Part shown: positions 11,679 through 25,625 of the stretch, piece after piece
How the letters are laid out: the number at the start of each line of letters is the position of its first letter
Position numbering within the stretch: position 1 is the stretch's first letter
Source: Pseudovirgaria hyperparasitica
Taxonomy: Eukaryota
Length of the DNA stretch: 64,000 nt
Direction: 5' to 3' (one strand)
NCBI GenBank assembly: GCA_010093815.1
Contig: ML996567.1
Position numbers and translations under genes: made by a program
The notes under the pieces: generated by a model
The model's database searches: none
What the model was told of the DNA's origin: nothing
Seen by the model: the letters and a program-made list of their open reading frames with translations, nothing else

Positions 11679-12146
11679 GGTCGAAAGTTGGAGATATTGT
11701 TAGTAGTATGATTGGTGGTCGTATGACGAGCCTGTGAGAGATTCGTCAAATGGCAACACGAGTCTTGCTAATCCTCACAGCCCAGAAGAATCTATCCTGG
11801 AATAGGATGTATCGTACGCATGTCTTGACTTTTGACGATAGATGAAAAGAAGAAGCTCCCCAGTACAGTACTTCTTCGCCTTTGGATCCCCGCTGATTTC
11901 CGCCCCCGCCTCGCCTGCTAGTCCCGGCCCGCCACTACAGGTACCGGTCCAGCTTCCGAGAGCTTCACCACCTCGGTGGAGCTCATTTGCCGATACCAAC
12001 AGCCATGCTCTGTTCATCGCAAATGGCTCTACAGAGGGCCTCTGTACATCTTCTAGGTCCTCTGGATATTCCACCACGTTTCAATTGTCTGGTTGTACCC
12101 TCACCCCTTCATACCGTACTACTCCCACGTTGAAGTATCCTCAGCC

Positions 12147-13435
12147 ATGGCAGGCTTCGTTCAGAGGGGCGTCAAGAATATCCTCCAAAAGAGGCCTAAC
12201 GACGTAGTCTTTCTCTCTGCCCTTCGCACACCCGTAACGCGAGCAAAGAAGGGTGGTCAGCGTGATGCATACGACCACGAGTTACTCGCTGCAGTACGTA
12301 CACATATGGTCTCGGGCAACACAATCGTAACGCAACCTAGGTCCTCAAAGCTACGCTGGCGAAAAACCCGAACCTCAACCCGGCCAGAATAAACGATGTC
12401 ATGATTGGTACAGTCCTGTCGGAGCTTGGTGGCTCAAAGGCTGGACGCATGGCCGCCGTACATGTCGGATACCCCAGCACAACATCTTTTCAAACAGTCA
12501 ATCGCGCATGCGCCTCCGGCCTAGCAGCTATCACAGGCATAGCGCATAGCATTGCTGTGGGCGCGATCGACGTGGGAGTAGGAGGAGGAATGGAGAGCAT
12601 GACACGAAACTATGGATCGAGAGCTATCCCGACCCAATTGTGGAACAAGCTAAAGGAGTCGCCAGTAAAAGAGGCGCGAGACTGCATCATGAACATGGGG
12701 ATCACAGCGGAGAACGTCGCAGAACGGTATGGCGTGAACAGGGAAGACCAGGATGCGTTTGCGGCTCGCTCGCAATTGAAGGCTGCAAAGGCACAAGAGG
12801 AGGGTCTATTCGACGAGGAAATAATTCCTGTTGAGACTATCTGGCGACCAGACCCGGAGGTATTGGAGAAGGAGGAACTTATAACTGTAATTAAGGACGA
12901 CGGCATCCGAGGAAACACAACCGTGGAAAAGCTCGCAACCATGAAACCTGCATTCAAGGAGAATGGAACACTTACGGCTGGAAGTAGCTCACAAGTCTCT
13001 GATGGTGCAGCTGCAGCTCTTATGATGAGGCGAAGTACGGCACAAGAACTCGGCTTGTCATCTTCTATCATTGGCAAATGGGCCGGTACCAAGACCATTG
13101 GCTGTGACCCCGATGAGATGGGCATCGGCCCTGCCGTAGCCATTCCTGAACTCCTTGAGTATGCAGGCATATCGAAGGATGACATTGGCATTTGGGAGAT
13201 CAACGAAGCTTTCGCCAGCCAAGCTATATACTGTATAAGAAAGCTGGGGATTGATGAGTCCAGGGTAAATCCCAAAGGGGGAGCCATCGCGCTTGGTCAT
13301 CCACTTGGAGCAACTGGGGCTCGACAACTGGCCACGCTGCTACCAGAGATGGCGCGTCAGGGACAGGAGCTGGGCGTGATCAGTATGTGCATAGGCACAG
13401 GTATGGGTATGGCGAGTTTGATTGTTCGGGAGTAG
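12147..13435 (+). CDS. 3-ketoacyl-CoA thiolase; intron 12294-12340
   Basis: VNRACASGL (catalytic Cys), SDGAAA, EINEAFASQ, GHPLGATG, SMCIGTGMG. Confidence 0.95.
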
Positions 13436-13510
13436 ACATTGAAATTTCGACCGCCTTTGCGACTCTAAATGTGCTGGGAATCTTGTTCTGGGTAATATGC
13501 AGCCACTTTC

Positions 13511-14227
13511 TCATTCACCCGATAGGTCTTTCGCCGACTTCTTTTTCTTTTTGGATCTTGAGGCAAGTAGATCGTCAAGATATGACGTCGATCGCTTCGT
13601 GGCTCTGATTTGCTGGGTAATTTTGGTCTTTTCTGCTGGCGGTTGTGCAGTCTTGCTAATTTCATGCTCGCTTGACTCCCCACTGTCGCTGTGGGCATCC
13701 TCATGTCTACGGCCATTGGACGCCTCGTTGCGAGACTGTCGTGATTTCTTGGACGATGTGAACATTGACGCCCTACCCTCCTCCTCGTCGCTTGCGTCCT
13801 GAGGAGCTGCAGTTCGGGGAGGATTACGTGTTGTAGAACTCTCCGTAACTGCTGGCGGCCCTCTCGGTCGCTGGGCCCTCTCTTTTGCAACCTTCTTCCC
13901 AAGGAGATTCTGTAGCAGCTTGTCATTTGAGGTGAACCTGCGGCGGTTGAGGAAGTCGTCATCGAAGTTCTGCGCGCCCATACCGAGACTACTAGACACT
14001 CAGCCATCATGCCTGCAGATATGTTGGGTCTAAACTGACGTTTCGGGTCCGCTCACAGCGAAGTCTTTCTCCTCTTGCTGGAATGCGTGTTCAGACTTTG
14101 TAGGCTGAAGCTGCTCATCAGAGTTCGGAGACAGCCATGACGCTGCTATTCGCTGTAAGTTTGCGCGACTGACATTCGCCTTATTGTATATTATGTCCGC
14201 TTCGGAAGCCTGTTTCGGAGCTGGCAT
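13511..14227 (-). CDS. Conserved fungal protein of unknown function (DUF3245-like); one intron, 13992 or 13989 to 14039
   Basis: IIYNKANV...QRIAASWL N-terminus, LGMGA, DEEEGRAS, SYLDDLLASRSKKKKK basic C-terminus. Confidence 0.7.
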
Positions 14228-14502
14228 GATCATATGTAAGTGTACGTAGCAGCGCAAGATGATAGCTTGTGCGAGCGATACGAATCAGGTTTGGAAGCGC
14301 GGCGCGATTTAATATTTATATCCATGCAGGGTTTATGTCGCTGCTTTCTTCTTGAGTTCCCGGCTTGGCAGCCGCAACAACTCGTCGAAACCTTGATCAA
14401 CCGCATCCGAGGTCTTTTCTAGGGTTATCTGCTTTGCAACCATCTCAATAGCACCTTTTCGTTACCTCGTCTGCTCTACAACTTGTATTGCAGCTCGTCA
14501 CA

Positions 14503-16168
14503 ATGTATAAACTTGCCAGCAGCAGGCCACTGGCCTCTTTCGCTACAGCAGCCAGGGTACGTATACCCTTCTCCTCCGGAGGTCTCTTCCGCGAGCGCCA
14601 TTATATATGAGGACTCATTGCTGATTGATAACGATAGACATCCCTCAGAGTCCCCTTAGTTCAACAGACAAGAAACCTATCTATACATGAATTCCGATCT
14701 GCTGCGCTGCTGAAGAGTGTACGAAGCATTCTGCGCCCAACTTGAACCAGATGCTGATAAGATGATGACAGTATGGTATTGGTGTTCCTGCTGGAGATGT
14801 TGCGTATTCACCCGCAGAAGCTGAGAAAATTGCAAAGTCTATTGGTACCAAAACATAAGCTTCAAGAGAACGTTGAATTATGCTAATGTCTTCTAGGCGG
14901 GGAGGATATGGTCATCAAGGCACAGGTTCTTGCTGGCGGTCGCGGGAAGGGTACTTTCGATAACGGGTTCAAGGGTGGTGTCAGGGTCATCTACTCGTAT
15001 GGTAGTAGGATTCGCGTTGCGAAGAAATACTGACCTTATCTCGTAGACCCACTGAGGCCAAGATACTAGCTGACCAGATGATCGGCCATAAACTGATCAC
15101 GAAACAAACGGGCGCTGCCGGACGTCTGTGTAACGCTGTCTACATTGTGGACCGCAAGTACGCCCGTCGAGAGTTTTACTTGGCCATTCTCATGGATCGA
15201 GGAAGCCAGTCACCAGTAATCGTCGCTTCCTCTCAAGGTGGGATGGACATCGAAACCGTCGCGAAGGAGAACCCCAAGGCTATCATTACGACCGTTATCG
15301 ACATTCACAAGGGTGTGACCGATGATATCGCACGGAACATCGCTACTGAGCTTGGCTTCTCCGAACAATGCATCGAGGACGCAAAGGACACGATTCAGAA
15401 GCTGTACAAGGTCTTCATGGAGAAGGATGCTACTCAGATCGAGATTAATCCCCTCTCCGAGACTACGGACCACCAGGTTCTTGCTATGGACGCTAAGCTT
15501 GGGTTTGATGATAATGCAGAGTTCCGCCAAAAAGATGTGTTCGAATGGCGGGACACTACACAAGAAGACGCCGATGAGGTCAAGGCTGCCGAGTGTGGTC
15601 TCAACTTCATCAAGCTCGATGGTGATATAGGGTGTCTTGTAAATGGCGCAGGTCTTGCTATGGCCACCATGGACATCATCAAGTTGAATGGAGGCAACCC
15701 AGCTAACTTCTTGGACGTTGGCGGTGGTGCCACTCCCGAGGCCATCAAACAGGCGTTTGATCTTATCACCAGCGACCCCAAGGTAACTGCCATTTTTGTT
15801 AACATTTTCGGTGGTATTGTCCGTTGCGATGCTATCGCAAAGGGTCTAATTGCTGTCGTTGAGAGTATGAACCTTCGCACACCGGTCATTGCTCGTCTGC
15901 AGGGCACCAACATGGAGGAGGCGCACAAGCTGGTAAGCTCTAGTCACAATCTATAACAGCTCGGTATACTCACTTATTCCTTAGCTAAATGACTCTGGAC
16001 TAAAGATTTTCTCCATTGACGATCTTCAAACTGCCGCTGAGAAGTCAGTGCAACTTTCGAAGATTGTGAAGACTGCGCGTGAGATCGATGTTGGAGTATG
16101 CTCATCCCTTTCTATATATACATCTCATGCTAACATTACGATAGGTGGAATTCAATCTAGGTCTATAG
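14503..16168 (+). CDS. LSC2: Succinyl-CoA ligase beta subunit, mitochondrial; 6 introns
   Basis: [65 protein letters not shown]; last exon VEFNLGL*. Confidence 0.96.
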
Positions 16169-16870
16169 AAACATTTCCTTGTTTCCTTTCTTACTGATCT
16201 ACGCAGTCACATGAATGGGGCATGCTAGCTTTCTCCAACTCGCCTGTATCATGAATTGAGCCATTAAGGATTCCTTTTCTTGTCAACTATATCTTCCATA
16301 GGATTGCATTCGATGGCATTTGCAAGTAACATAGAGTCTGTTTAGCCTACTCTTTATCTGGATCTCAAATTCAATGATCCGACGCATATTGAGTACGATG
16401 CCAGAGCGATAATTATCAGCAATCTGGGTGGGAACTGTGGCCAAGTGCTTCATTAATATACATACCGTCGACACGACCCTACCTCACCGGTCCGATCCAT
16501 ATGGCACAACCCTCTAGCTGCGTTTCGCGATCCTGACTACTTGTTTGTGCCGTATATGTGTTATCACAATTGTTCTCATGTGCATTCTCGCGTCGAACAC
16601 CCATGCAGTTTACTAACTGGCGAACAGCGAAACGGTCTCCACCTTGTCTGTCCTGGTGTGGGGACCTGGAAGGGCCCGCTTACCGAATGTGACTTCATAC
16701 CTGGTACCTTTGCCGGCCTTGCAGGTCTGACTGGGGCAAGATATTAGGCAATGGCCTACCGCGATGATGCAAAATAGTTCTTCAGTCTTATCGTGCTTCT
16801 CTCTTGCATCCACCTGGAAACATCTGATTCCACCCACAATCTTATATCTCAACCACGAGTAATAAATAAT

Positions 16871-18053
16871 ATGTCTCGCGTTCTTCTCACTGGTGGAAGT
16901 GGCTTTATTGCCGCACATACCCTTGATGTACTGCTGGAGCACGGGTGAGTGTTCACTATATATCGCACTTGTCTCGTCGCACGTGCTGACGTTGCACCGC
17001 AGCCACTCTGTGGTCACGACAGTGCGATCACAGGAGAAGGCAGACAAGATCAAAGAGGCTCATCCCAATGTCGGCAAGGACAAATTAGATTTCGCCATTG
17101 TGGAGGATATCGCGCAGCCTGATGCCTTCGAAAAGGCGGTCGTTTCAGACCCGCCATTCGAGATTGTCTTGCACACGGCTTCGCCTTTCCATTTTAATGT
17201 CACGGATGTTCAGAAGGTTGGTGCCGTACATGTCAAAGTGTTGTTTTGTGCTAATAGAGCCCAGGAACTACTGGATCCCGCTGTTATTGGCACAACTGGA
17301 ATCCTGAAATCTATTAAGAAGCATGCACCCACTGTGAAGAGGGTTGTCATTACGTCTTCTTTTGCTGCTATCCTCAGCCCCAAGACAGGTTTCGCTAAGG
17401 GTGTTACATATTCAGAAGAGAATTGGAACGATATCACTACGGAAGAAGCGCTCCAAAATCCACAGAATGGTTACAGAGGTCGGTCAAACAACAAGTATGC
17501 ACACTATACCAACGGCTAATTGAACATAGCCAGTAAGACATTTGCAGAGAGAGCAGCATGGGATTTCGTGGAGAAAGAGAAGCCAAACTTCCAACTCTCA
17601 ACCATCAACCCTCCGTTGGTCTTCGGCCCGATCGTGCACTATCTCAATTCCTTAGACGGCTTGAACACCTCAAACCAGCGTGTCCGTGATATCATCCAAG
17701 GTAAATCCAAGGCAGGGATCCCCGCGACTGGTGTCTACATATGGGTCGATGTTCGAGATGTTGCCCTTGCGCATGTCAAGGCGTTCGAAGCGCCAAACGC
17801 AGGAAACAAGCGTTTTTTCGTCACAGAAGGCGGACATTTCAACAATAGGTTGATTGTGGATATCATTCGGAAAAACTTCCCGGAGTACGAGTCTCAACTA
17901 CCAAGCCCGGATGTGAAGGGCGGTGAGTATCCAGCGGATGGTGTGTTCACAGCGAACAACAAGCAATCGATTGAAGTGCTTGGTTTGAAGTACAGGAAAT
18001 TTGAGGATACTATTGTTGACACGGTCAAATCGCTGCAGAATGTGGGAGCATAG
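16871..18053 (+). CDS. NADPH-dependent aldehyde/methylglyoxal reductase (GRE2-like extended SDR); 3 introns
   Basis: VLLTGGSGFIAAH, VLHTASPF, VVITSSFAA, YxxSK (YR|ASKTFAERAAW), WVDVRDVALAH. Confidence 0.93.
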
Positions 18054-18655
18054 TTGGTCTGCACAGTGCAAAATCTAAAGAGACAAGGTGTTAGCCCATG
18101 AAGAAGAACGCAGGAACACAGAAATGAATTTGTTTGAGACATCTCATATTGTTGAGCTTGACGGCTTTTTATTGAACGTCAACGTGCAATGCACTCAGAA
18201 GTTATCGTTTGAAGAAAAATAATCATTGCGAGCATAGAAATCAGGATCGCCACTTACCAGTACAGATTAGGACTCGCAGCCTGCACACATCTGCAGGCAA
18301 TCACGACTAAGATGGGAAATTGCCATAACGAGACAGGCGATTAGTTTGCGAGGCAAAAGTGTTGCGGTGTGGAGGAAGATGTAGAAGAACATTTGGCCAT
18401 GAGAGCTCGCACAAATTTCTTGCTACCTAGCGACCTACGCGGCTTCGGCGAAACTTGCTCCTCCGAGAGCTGCCCCTCCACCTGTTGAGTTGTTCGAGGG
18501 GCCATATCTACCAGGCAACATACCAAACATTGATCTGGACACCACTCTTACGTTCTCGTGTACATTAAATCTTCCCTCTCGAAGATACTTCGATCTTTTT
18601 TACGTCGATCAATCCATCCACTAGCTCCTGCGCAAAAAAAATAAACTCCAGCAAA

Positions 18656-19328
18656 ATGGGTAGGAGGAATCAGAAGTGCGCCGTGAAGCATGGCTAACAG
18701 ATCTAGCGGACTTTCAAGGCATTGCTCGTACGTCTACATCTATTGCGGCGAAGGGCTGCACAAACAGTGCTTGGCCTATTATGGGCTTTGACTTACACGC
18801 TTGTTGTTATAGAACAGTTCGTCGAATTCTACTACAAGACCTTCGATGAGAATCGCGCATCTCTTCAGAGCCTCTACGTAAGTATATATTACCCTCAAGT
18901 TGTACAGTGGCCTTAGCTAACCGGAGTCGTGAAACAAGCGCGAGCAATCCATGCTCACATTCGAGAGCGCCCCATCTCAAGGAGCAGTGGCCATCACCGA
19001 GAAACTAGTAGTACGTCCAATATCGTCCTACACAACCTGAAGTCCTCACTGAGATGCGCGATACAGGGGCTTCCATTCCAGAAGGTCCAACATAAAGTGA
19101 ATACTCTGGATGCTCAGCCTACATCCGAGGATGGCGGCATCATGGTCATGGTGACTGGCCAATTGCTTGTATGTGCATACATTAGGAGAGGAGACGAAGG
19201 ATATATCTGACAAAAACCAGGTCGACGAGGAGCAGAATGTTATGAACTTTTGTCAGACCTTCCAACTCAAGCGTGACGGCGGAAGCTACTTCGTCTTCAA
19301 CGACGTTTTCCGCTTGGTATACGGCTAG
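18656..19328 (+). CDS. NTF2: Nuclear transport factor 2; 6 coding exons, the first only 4 nt (ATGG)
   Basis: Spliced product MADFQGIAQQFVEFYYKTFDENRASLQSLYREQSMLTFE...LPFQKVQHKVNTLDAQP...VTGQLLVDEEQNVMNFCQTFQL...YFVFNDVFRLVYG*. Confidence 0.95.
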
Positions 19329-20083
19329 ATAATCTATCATTCATGGGTCATTATGGGAATCAAATAGCGTCAAAATGGGTATCGGTGCGGCAGGCGGTTA
19401 TGGATTAGGCGTAGATCAAGACTTGGACTATCCTGGGCAGTCCTTGTCGGTACGATACCATACCTTATCTATGTTGAAGAACAAATGAAGTGTTCTATTG
19501 AGATACACCGTTGGAGACCCGTAGCAGAGCTAGAAGTGACTGTGATGAACGCATGTAGCGTATCTGAAACTGTATCGATGGCCAAGAATGATGTATTAAG
19601 AACAGGATGCAGAGCGCCTAGATGAGATCGTGGAGCACGGTGCCTTGGTAGACCGCTAGGGAACATTTGAGGCAATGCTCTGATCAAGATCAAGATCAAG
19701 AGGATTGCGTATGGTTGAGGCGCTGCAGGTAGCTAGGTAATCATGTCATGTCTCCATTTCCGGGAACGTTAGAGCCGCAGGGCTGTGAAGACTTGGCGCA
19801 GTTCGGCGCAACGTAAACTTCGTACGTGGTCCCGTAGGCAACGCTCACTTTCGCAAACAAACTCGACAAGACCACCAGCTTTCCACTCGCAATTGCAACC
19901 CGCTCCAGGCTCCAGACATCCACTGATCAAAGACTCCATTCCTGATAACTTCTGACGCACCCGATAACACTGCTACCTGTCCTTCGAGGCTTCGACTCAC
20001 CTTTGTTTCCGCATCTACAACAATAATCAACAACGTAAACTTACCACAAGAAGTAGAGTCTCTGAACAGATACTCCATCCACC

Positions 20084-20842
20084 ATGACTCTTGCCGAAGA
20101 ACTTAGATCAAGAAACTTCAGTCAGTCCTCCAAGAGTGGTATTGGTCACTTCCTATTGCTAACTGTAAACACAGGTATATACGGACAATGGTCAGTAGAC
20201 TTCAGCTTCACTGTCATCGTCCACATCTTTTCTGCCCCTATTATCATCGGAAGTAGCATCGTACTATATAATCTGCGGCCTCTATCGCAAGAATGTTTAT
20301 CTACCGTCCTGCTCTCAAAACGGAATTCGAGAACAAGCGATGCATTACGAATGATAAAAAATGCCGGTATCAGACTCAGAGCTGACATATCCGTAGGACG
20401 GGAATCATATGCATGGTTCTCTGCTTCGCCCTGGGCATCGCCAACATCTTCCATTTTAGCATTGTCATCGTTTTCAGTGTCATCTGCCTGTAAGTCATGA
20501 TCCCCCTTGAGTCTACTACACGTCTAACATATGTACTATAGCGTGAGCTCCTTCATCATTCTATTTATAGAGGTACCGCTACTCCTTCGTATCTGTCCAA
20601 CATCCTCGAAATTCGATGCTTTCATCCGACGATTCGCAACAAATTACATGCGCGCTGCTGTCTATGGTGTGATGAGCTTGGTCCAATGGCTCTCACTCAT
20701 AGTAGATACAACGAGCTTGATCGCTGCTGCTGTCTTATTGCTTTTTGCTGCAGTGTTCTACACTATCGCGGGTGTCAAGGGCCAAGGATTTGTCGGCAGC
20801 AAGACTTTGGGCGGCCAGGGCGTGGCACAGATGATTGTGTAG
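20084..20842 (+). CDS. TVP18: Golgi membrane protein Tvp18; 4 exons including a 16-nt exon at 20175-20190
   Basis: MTLAEELRSRNFSIYGQWTGIICMVLCFALGIANIF...FIEVPLLLRICPTS...SKTLGGQGVAQMIV*. Confidence 0.93.
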
Positions 20843-22630
20843 AGCAAAGACGAAAGGCAGCTACTACAGTGGCACCTTCCTTGGAATGGTCTGCGAACCT
20901 TATTTGGAACTTGAAGAGCATTGGGATGTTTGAGCTTGTGTATTATGTGGAGCGTGAATTACGCTTCTTTGATCAGTAGCTTTAAAAGTCGGACTGATTT
21001 GCGCAGAGCACAATGGAACTTGTGCGATATAGTACTTGGAGTTCTTTTCCCGTGTATCAATACCTTGGCGTTGCCCTCGTGGGAAAGGAACTGATATTCT
21101 GAAGCGACAGCATATTAACGTTGGTTAAGCAGACGCTGCGAACGGCTTTGTAGTAGAAATTAATGAAACTTGTGATGATTTGCAATACTGGTTCGAAACT
21201 AGCCTAACAACAGGAGATTTTAAATTTCGGTTGCCAAGTCGCGATGCTGGGCTGCATGTTGGTAAGTAGAAGAGCGCGCTTTGGAGCAAATGTGGCGCAT
21301 GTCATGCATCGTGAAGAACACTCTACGGCATCCATGATGATCACATCCACAGCTCGCTCGCCCAGTTTTACCCCGCATAAGGTGCATGCAAAGCAACATA
21401 AATGCCGCACGCTATTTGGAGAGGAACGAATGAGGCGCATAGATGCAGTTCACGGCAGCAAAGAATTCGATCAGCTGGCGCTGGCGAATCAAGCGTTTGT
21501 TGGTTTATGGGAAAACATGGAAACCCAGGGTGCATGACCGGTGCCAGACCATTCATCAATCGAGACAGACTTGAAAGAGGCGGTGGCCGTCCTTCGTCCA
21601 TCGTGATCCTGAAGTTTGAACCACGTTTTAAAGAGGGCTGAACTGTCTGCTGAGAGCCTGAGGGGAAGGACATGCAGGAAAAGAGTGTAGTATCCATTGA
21701 AGCCATATGGGTACAGAACTCGCCAGACCTTCCTCTCGCCTGCATCGTATCCATGGATGATGGTAATGATGATGATAAAGGCGTGTTCGTCTCATAGAAC
21801 AACAGTAATAGCCCACGCCACAGCAAATATACATTCTTCAAAATGACCGCACATTCCAAGTTCGCCATACCGGCCATGACTTACTACATGATAAAAGGGT
21901 AGACATTGCCTAGCTAGTAATAGTATCCATACTGTACCCAATAAATACCCAGTCAGTGCCCCAACAGTCCAGGTGGGTAGTTGGCGCCGGTTTTGGTGTC
22001 ATTGCGTGCGATTTCACTGGCCCAACTCGGGCAAGTGACGCAGCCCCAAACCTCTCCGTGCGCCGCTCCTGCAGCAGCTCTTAAAGGATCGACAGACGCT
22101 CCCCACGGACATCTCAAGGTTCCCTACTACTACCTACCCTACCTACCTGATTACCTTAAAGCTTCAACTTCCAATTACCTACTTCGTTGAAGACAAGTAC
22201 GACTGTGTCAACTAGCCTACTTGATTTTACTGGCTCCAATGGTCCTTTGACCAAGACTCAATCGCTACGAATCAATTTCCTTATCATCCATATCTGTTAC
22301 TATATACAAGGTATGTCTGGACCCCGAGATCCTGTTTCCCAACACTAGAGATACATGGCCATCTATGTTACCTTTCCAGAGCCTCTTGAAGCATTCTTCT
22401 AGTTTTCGTTGTGAAGGAGAATCTTCCTTCTGCCAAATGCTTTTGATTGGCTCCAATTCAGAAGTCTTTGGTGAAAGGTTTCTGCCATATTGTGTCATTA
22501 TCACGTCCAGAACGACCAAAATCCCCCAGTCTGCAGAAATATATGAATTCTTCGAGAGTGATTGGACAACTACTGACAACTGTCTGTCATATATAGACCA
22601 CTACCGCGTCGTTACTTTACCGATCAATTC

Positions 22631-25625
22631 ATGATGTCAACTCCTTCGATCCCACCTCGTCCGAACCGGGGACAGAACCTCGACCCTTCGAGAGCTATGG
22701 AAACTCCTAGCATACCTCCCCGACCGAAAGGGAAGCGCGGTGATAATCGTTCCGTCTCCCCGGGTCGCACGTTTGCTCGGTCGCCTCTGAATGACCCCTC
22801 ATTCGTTCATACCAAAGGGAAAAAGCCAACTAGTGATGATAATACCCAGATCCGTCGGCCTCCAAGTGTGTCACAGCTTCCCTCGATAGGCCAGGAAGGT
22901 CATGAATATATGGTCAATGATCTTCATCCCGAAGATGCTTCACCGCCCGAGCAGACAAAGTCTGTTAGTAGAGATCTACCTCTACACGCTCCCACAGCGT
23001 CGGTGTCTGCTGCAACTGCTAAAGCCAGAATCTCTGGTGTCACTCGTCCCGAACCTACATCTTCGAGAGGTGAACTCGAAGTGAAAGCTCGACAGGCCAA
23101 TTCACAACGCTCTGGGTCTTCAGCTGGAGATGTTTCACGCCCAGCATCGATGATAAAAGATGACGATGAACACGGCATTCCTCAAATAGGTTTTCATGTA
23201 CCCATGTATCCGAACGCTGGAGATGTTCAGGCTCCGACCCCGTCTCAATTGCCTCAGCATGGTTCTACTGGGGTCGGATTCTTTAACAATGGAGCCCATC
23301 GAGAGGGTCGACAGCACACTCGTACCAAGAGCGGCCGGAAAGTCTTTCAGGGGCCTCCGGGAAGCTATGGTATGCACGGTCATGGAATGGCTCCACGTGA
23401 CCCATTAGAGAAATCTTGGTACGACAAGCATCCTGAGGACGCGAAGAAAGAAGCAATGGGCGAATATGGTCCTAAGATTCAAGACAATCGCAAAGAATAC
23501 CATATGAGTCAGGATGATCTGAATAAATTGGTGCACCATCGACTCGGTAAGCTGATGGTAGCTAGCCTGTCTATTATAGTTGACACTAATACTATCAGTG
23601 AAAGCTCGCGAAGATGCTGGCACACCTGCAGAAGAAGTTGGCTATAAAGTTTCTGAAGAATACCAATCGCGCATGGCCTCTCCCGCCATTAGTACGGAGA
23701 ACCTAGCCCCGAATCCCTCCCAGAACCATCTAGAATCCCCACTTCGCAAGGTCGAATCGAACACTACAGAGAAGAATGATGTTATTCTCGGCGAAAAGTT
23801 GGGAGATCTTTCCCGCACTAGAACAAGTGCAACCGTTGGTGAAAGCCGGGAAAGTCTTGACCTTGTTCGGACCAAGACCCAGGAAGATCGCTGGGCGGAG
23901 GAGCATGGATACCATGCACCAATTCTCGCAGCTGACGAAGTTGCGAAGCACGAGTTTCCTGAATTTATGCAACCCGCTGTGTCTCCAGAATTCGACCGTG
24001 AGCGACGGCGCAGTGCTGAATTTACTCATGGCGAGCACTCTCTGCGAAAAGTGAACAGCCGACCAGAAAGTCGTAACAACGGCTCTCTCAATAATTTGTC
24101 ACGATTTTCAAGTCGCGAGCAAATCGAGGGTATTCATACACCACTTGACAATGTTCAAGAGTATGAGCCGCTGTTCCCAGAGGACGACGATGAGAAACTA
24201 TCAAAGAAAAAACCGAATGCGGTGGAGAAGTTAAAGAGACCTGATCTGGCTCGTTATCACTTTCCAAGTCAAGATGTGTGGGAAGACGCGCCATCTCATG
24301 TTCATTTGTCCACAACGGTCGAGACCCCCGAGCCAGAGGCAGAGGAGGAGATTGGAACCGAAGAGACTTCGCCTAGAAAGGCTTTCGAAAAGCCTGAGGA
24401 TGAAGCAGCTCGTAAAGAAACTATTACGAAGCAAGATCAGCTTAACTTCATACCCGAGCAAACTAAGAAGCTAGCTAAAACCCATATAACTGCCGCTATC
24501 ATGGCAGATATGCCTACTAGACCTGGTTTGAAGCAAAGGTTCCCAAGCCGTGACATCTGGGAAGATGCGCCCGATGATGTGCATCAGTACACAACAGTGG
24601 ATACACCTGAAGATGAGCTTGATCGACAGCTTGAGCCTATGTCACCCGACGACGTACCAGATATACCAACAGTGCCTGCCCGACCAACAAAGAGTAAAGC
24701 AGCTGATGGTGTATCGCCCGAGAAGAAAGCGCCTGTTGTGCCTGGTCGACCAAAGCCACAAATACCTGCACGGCCAACGCGTGCGTTTCACCGTGCTTCC
24801 GACGATTCTGATCCCTTCGAAAAGACTGTCTCTACTGAAAGCGCAGATAGTACCGGTAGTGGTGAAGCTAGCACAACGAAGCAAAAACCCCAAATTCCTA
24901 CCAGACCAGGCGGAAGCAAGTTAGCAGCTCTAAAAGCAGGCTTTATGAGTGATCTCAATAGCCGCTTACAACTTGGCCCTCAAGCCCCTAAAGTTAAGGA
25001 ACCTGAGAAAGAAGAAGAATCTGAGAAGGCGGTGGAGCCAACACCGCTAGCAGATGCCAGGAAAGGGCGAGCCAAAGGTCCATCAAGACGCAAACCTGGC
25101 GTCTCGCCATCCGGGATTGCTCCATCTACGGCGCCTCAGACTGTGACGCCTGTTTCATTCAGCGTTTCCGCACCCCGAAGTATCTTCTCTATCTCTAATG
25201 AGGGCGTACTGAGCGTGCCAACTCATGATGATGGTACTCTAAACGTGACGGGCCAATCAGCTCCTTCACAAACATCACAAATTATAGCTGAGGTACCTCT
25301 AGAACAGGACCCTGCATCTACTATTAATGCTGTTGACGCTGCTGATGGCGTCAATCTTACCAAGGCACCTACAGCTGAGCAGAGTACACAGACTGGCCAA
25401 CTTGATATTCGGATCTCCTCGCCCACCGGCGAAAAGGAGAACGTTACCGCGTATGTTGGTGGCAATGCTCACGAGGATGGTGATGTTGTAATAGACAAGG
25501 ACGGAGTGGAACATGTTAGCGGAAAATCAGCTCCAGCATCACCTACGGTTTCGAATGCTTCGGCCAAACCCGTTGTCAATGAGCCTGACACTATAGAGCA
25601 GAAAACAACTGATGGCGAGGCTTGA
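22631..25625 (+). CDS. AIM21: Aim21-like proline-rich actin-patch regulator; intron about 23547-23598, probable 5'UTR intron 22311-22596
   Basis: PxxPxRP SH3-ligand motifs, KLAALKAGFMSDLNSRL, and capping-protein-interaction-like LADARKGRAKGPSRRKP. Confidence 0.75.

Noticed and set aside
12610..13287. Long antisense ORFs over thiolase, LSC2, the ABC transporter and ZRG17
   Set aside because: Shadow ORFs caused by codon bias of the real genes.
20191..20396. Intronic snoRNA in the long TVP18 intron
   Set aside because: No clear C box (RTGATGA) and D box pair with a terminal stem, and no H/ACA pattern.
21204..21877. Several overlapping 70-170 aa ORFs between TVP18 and AIM21
   Set aside because: No recognisable motif, no consistent frame or splice model.
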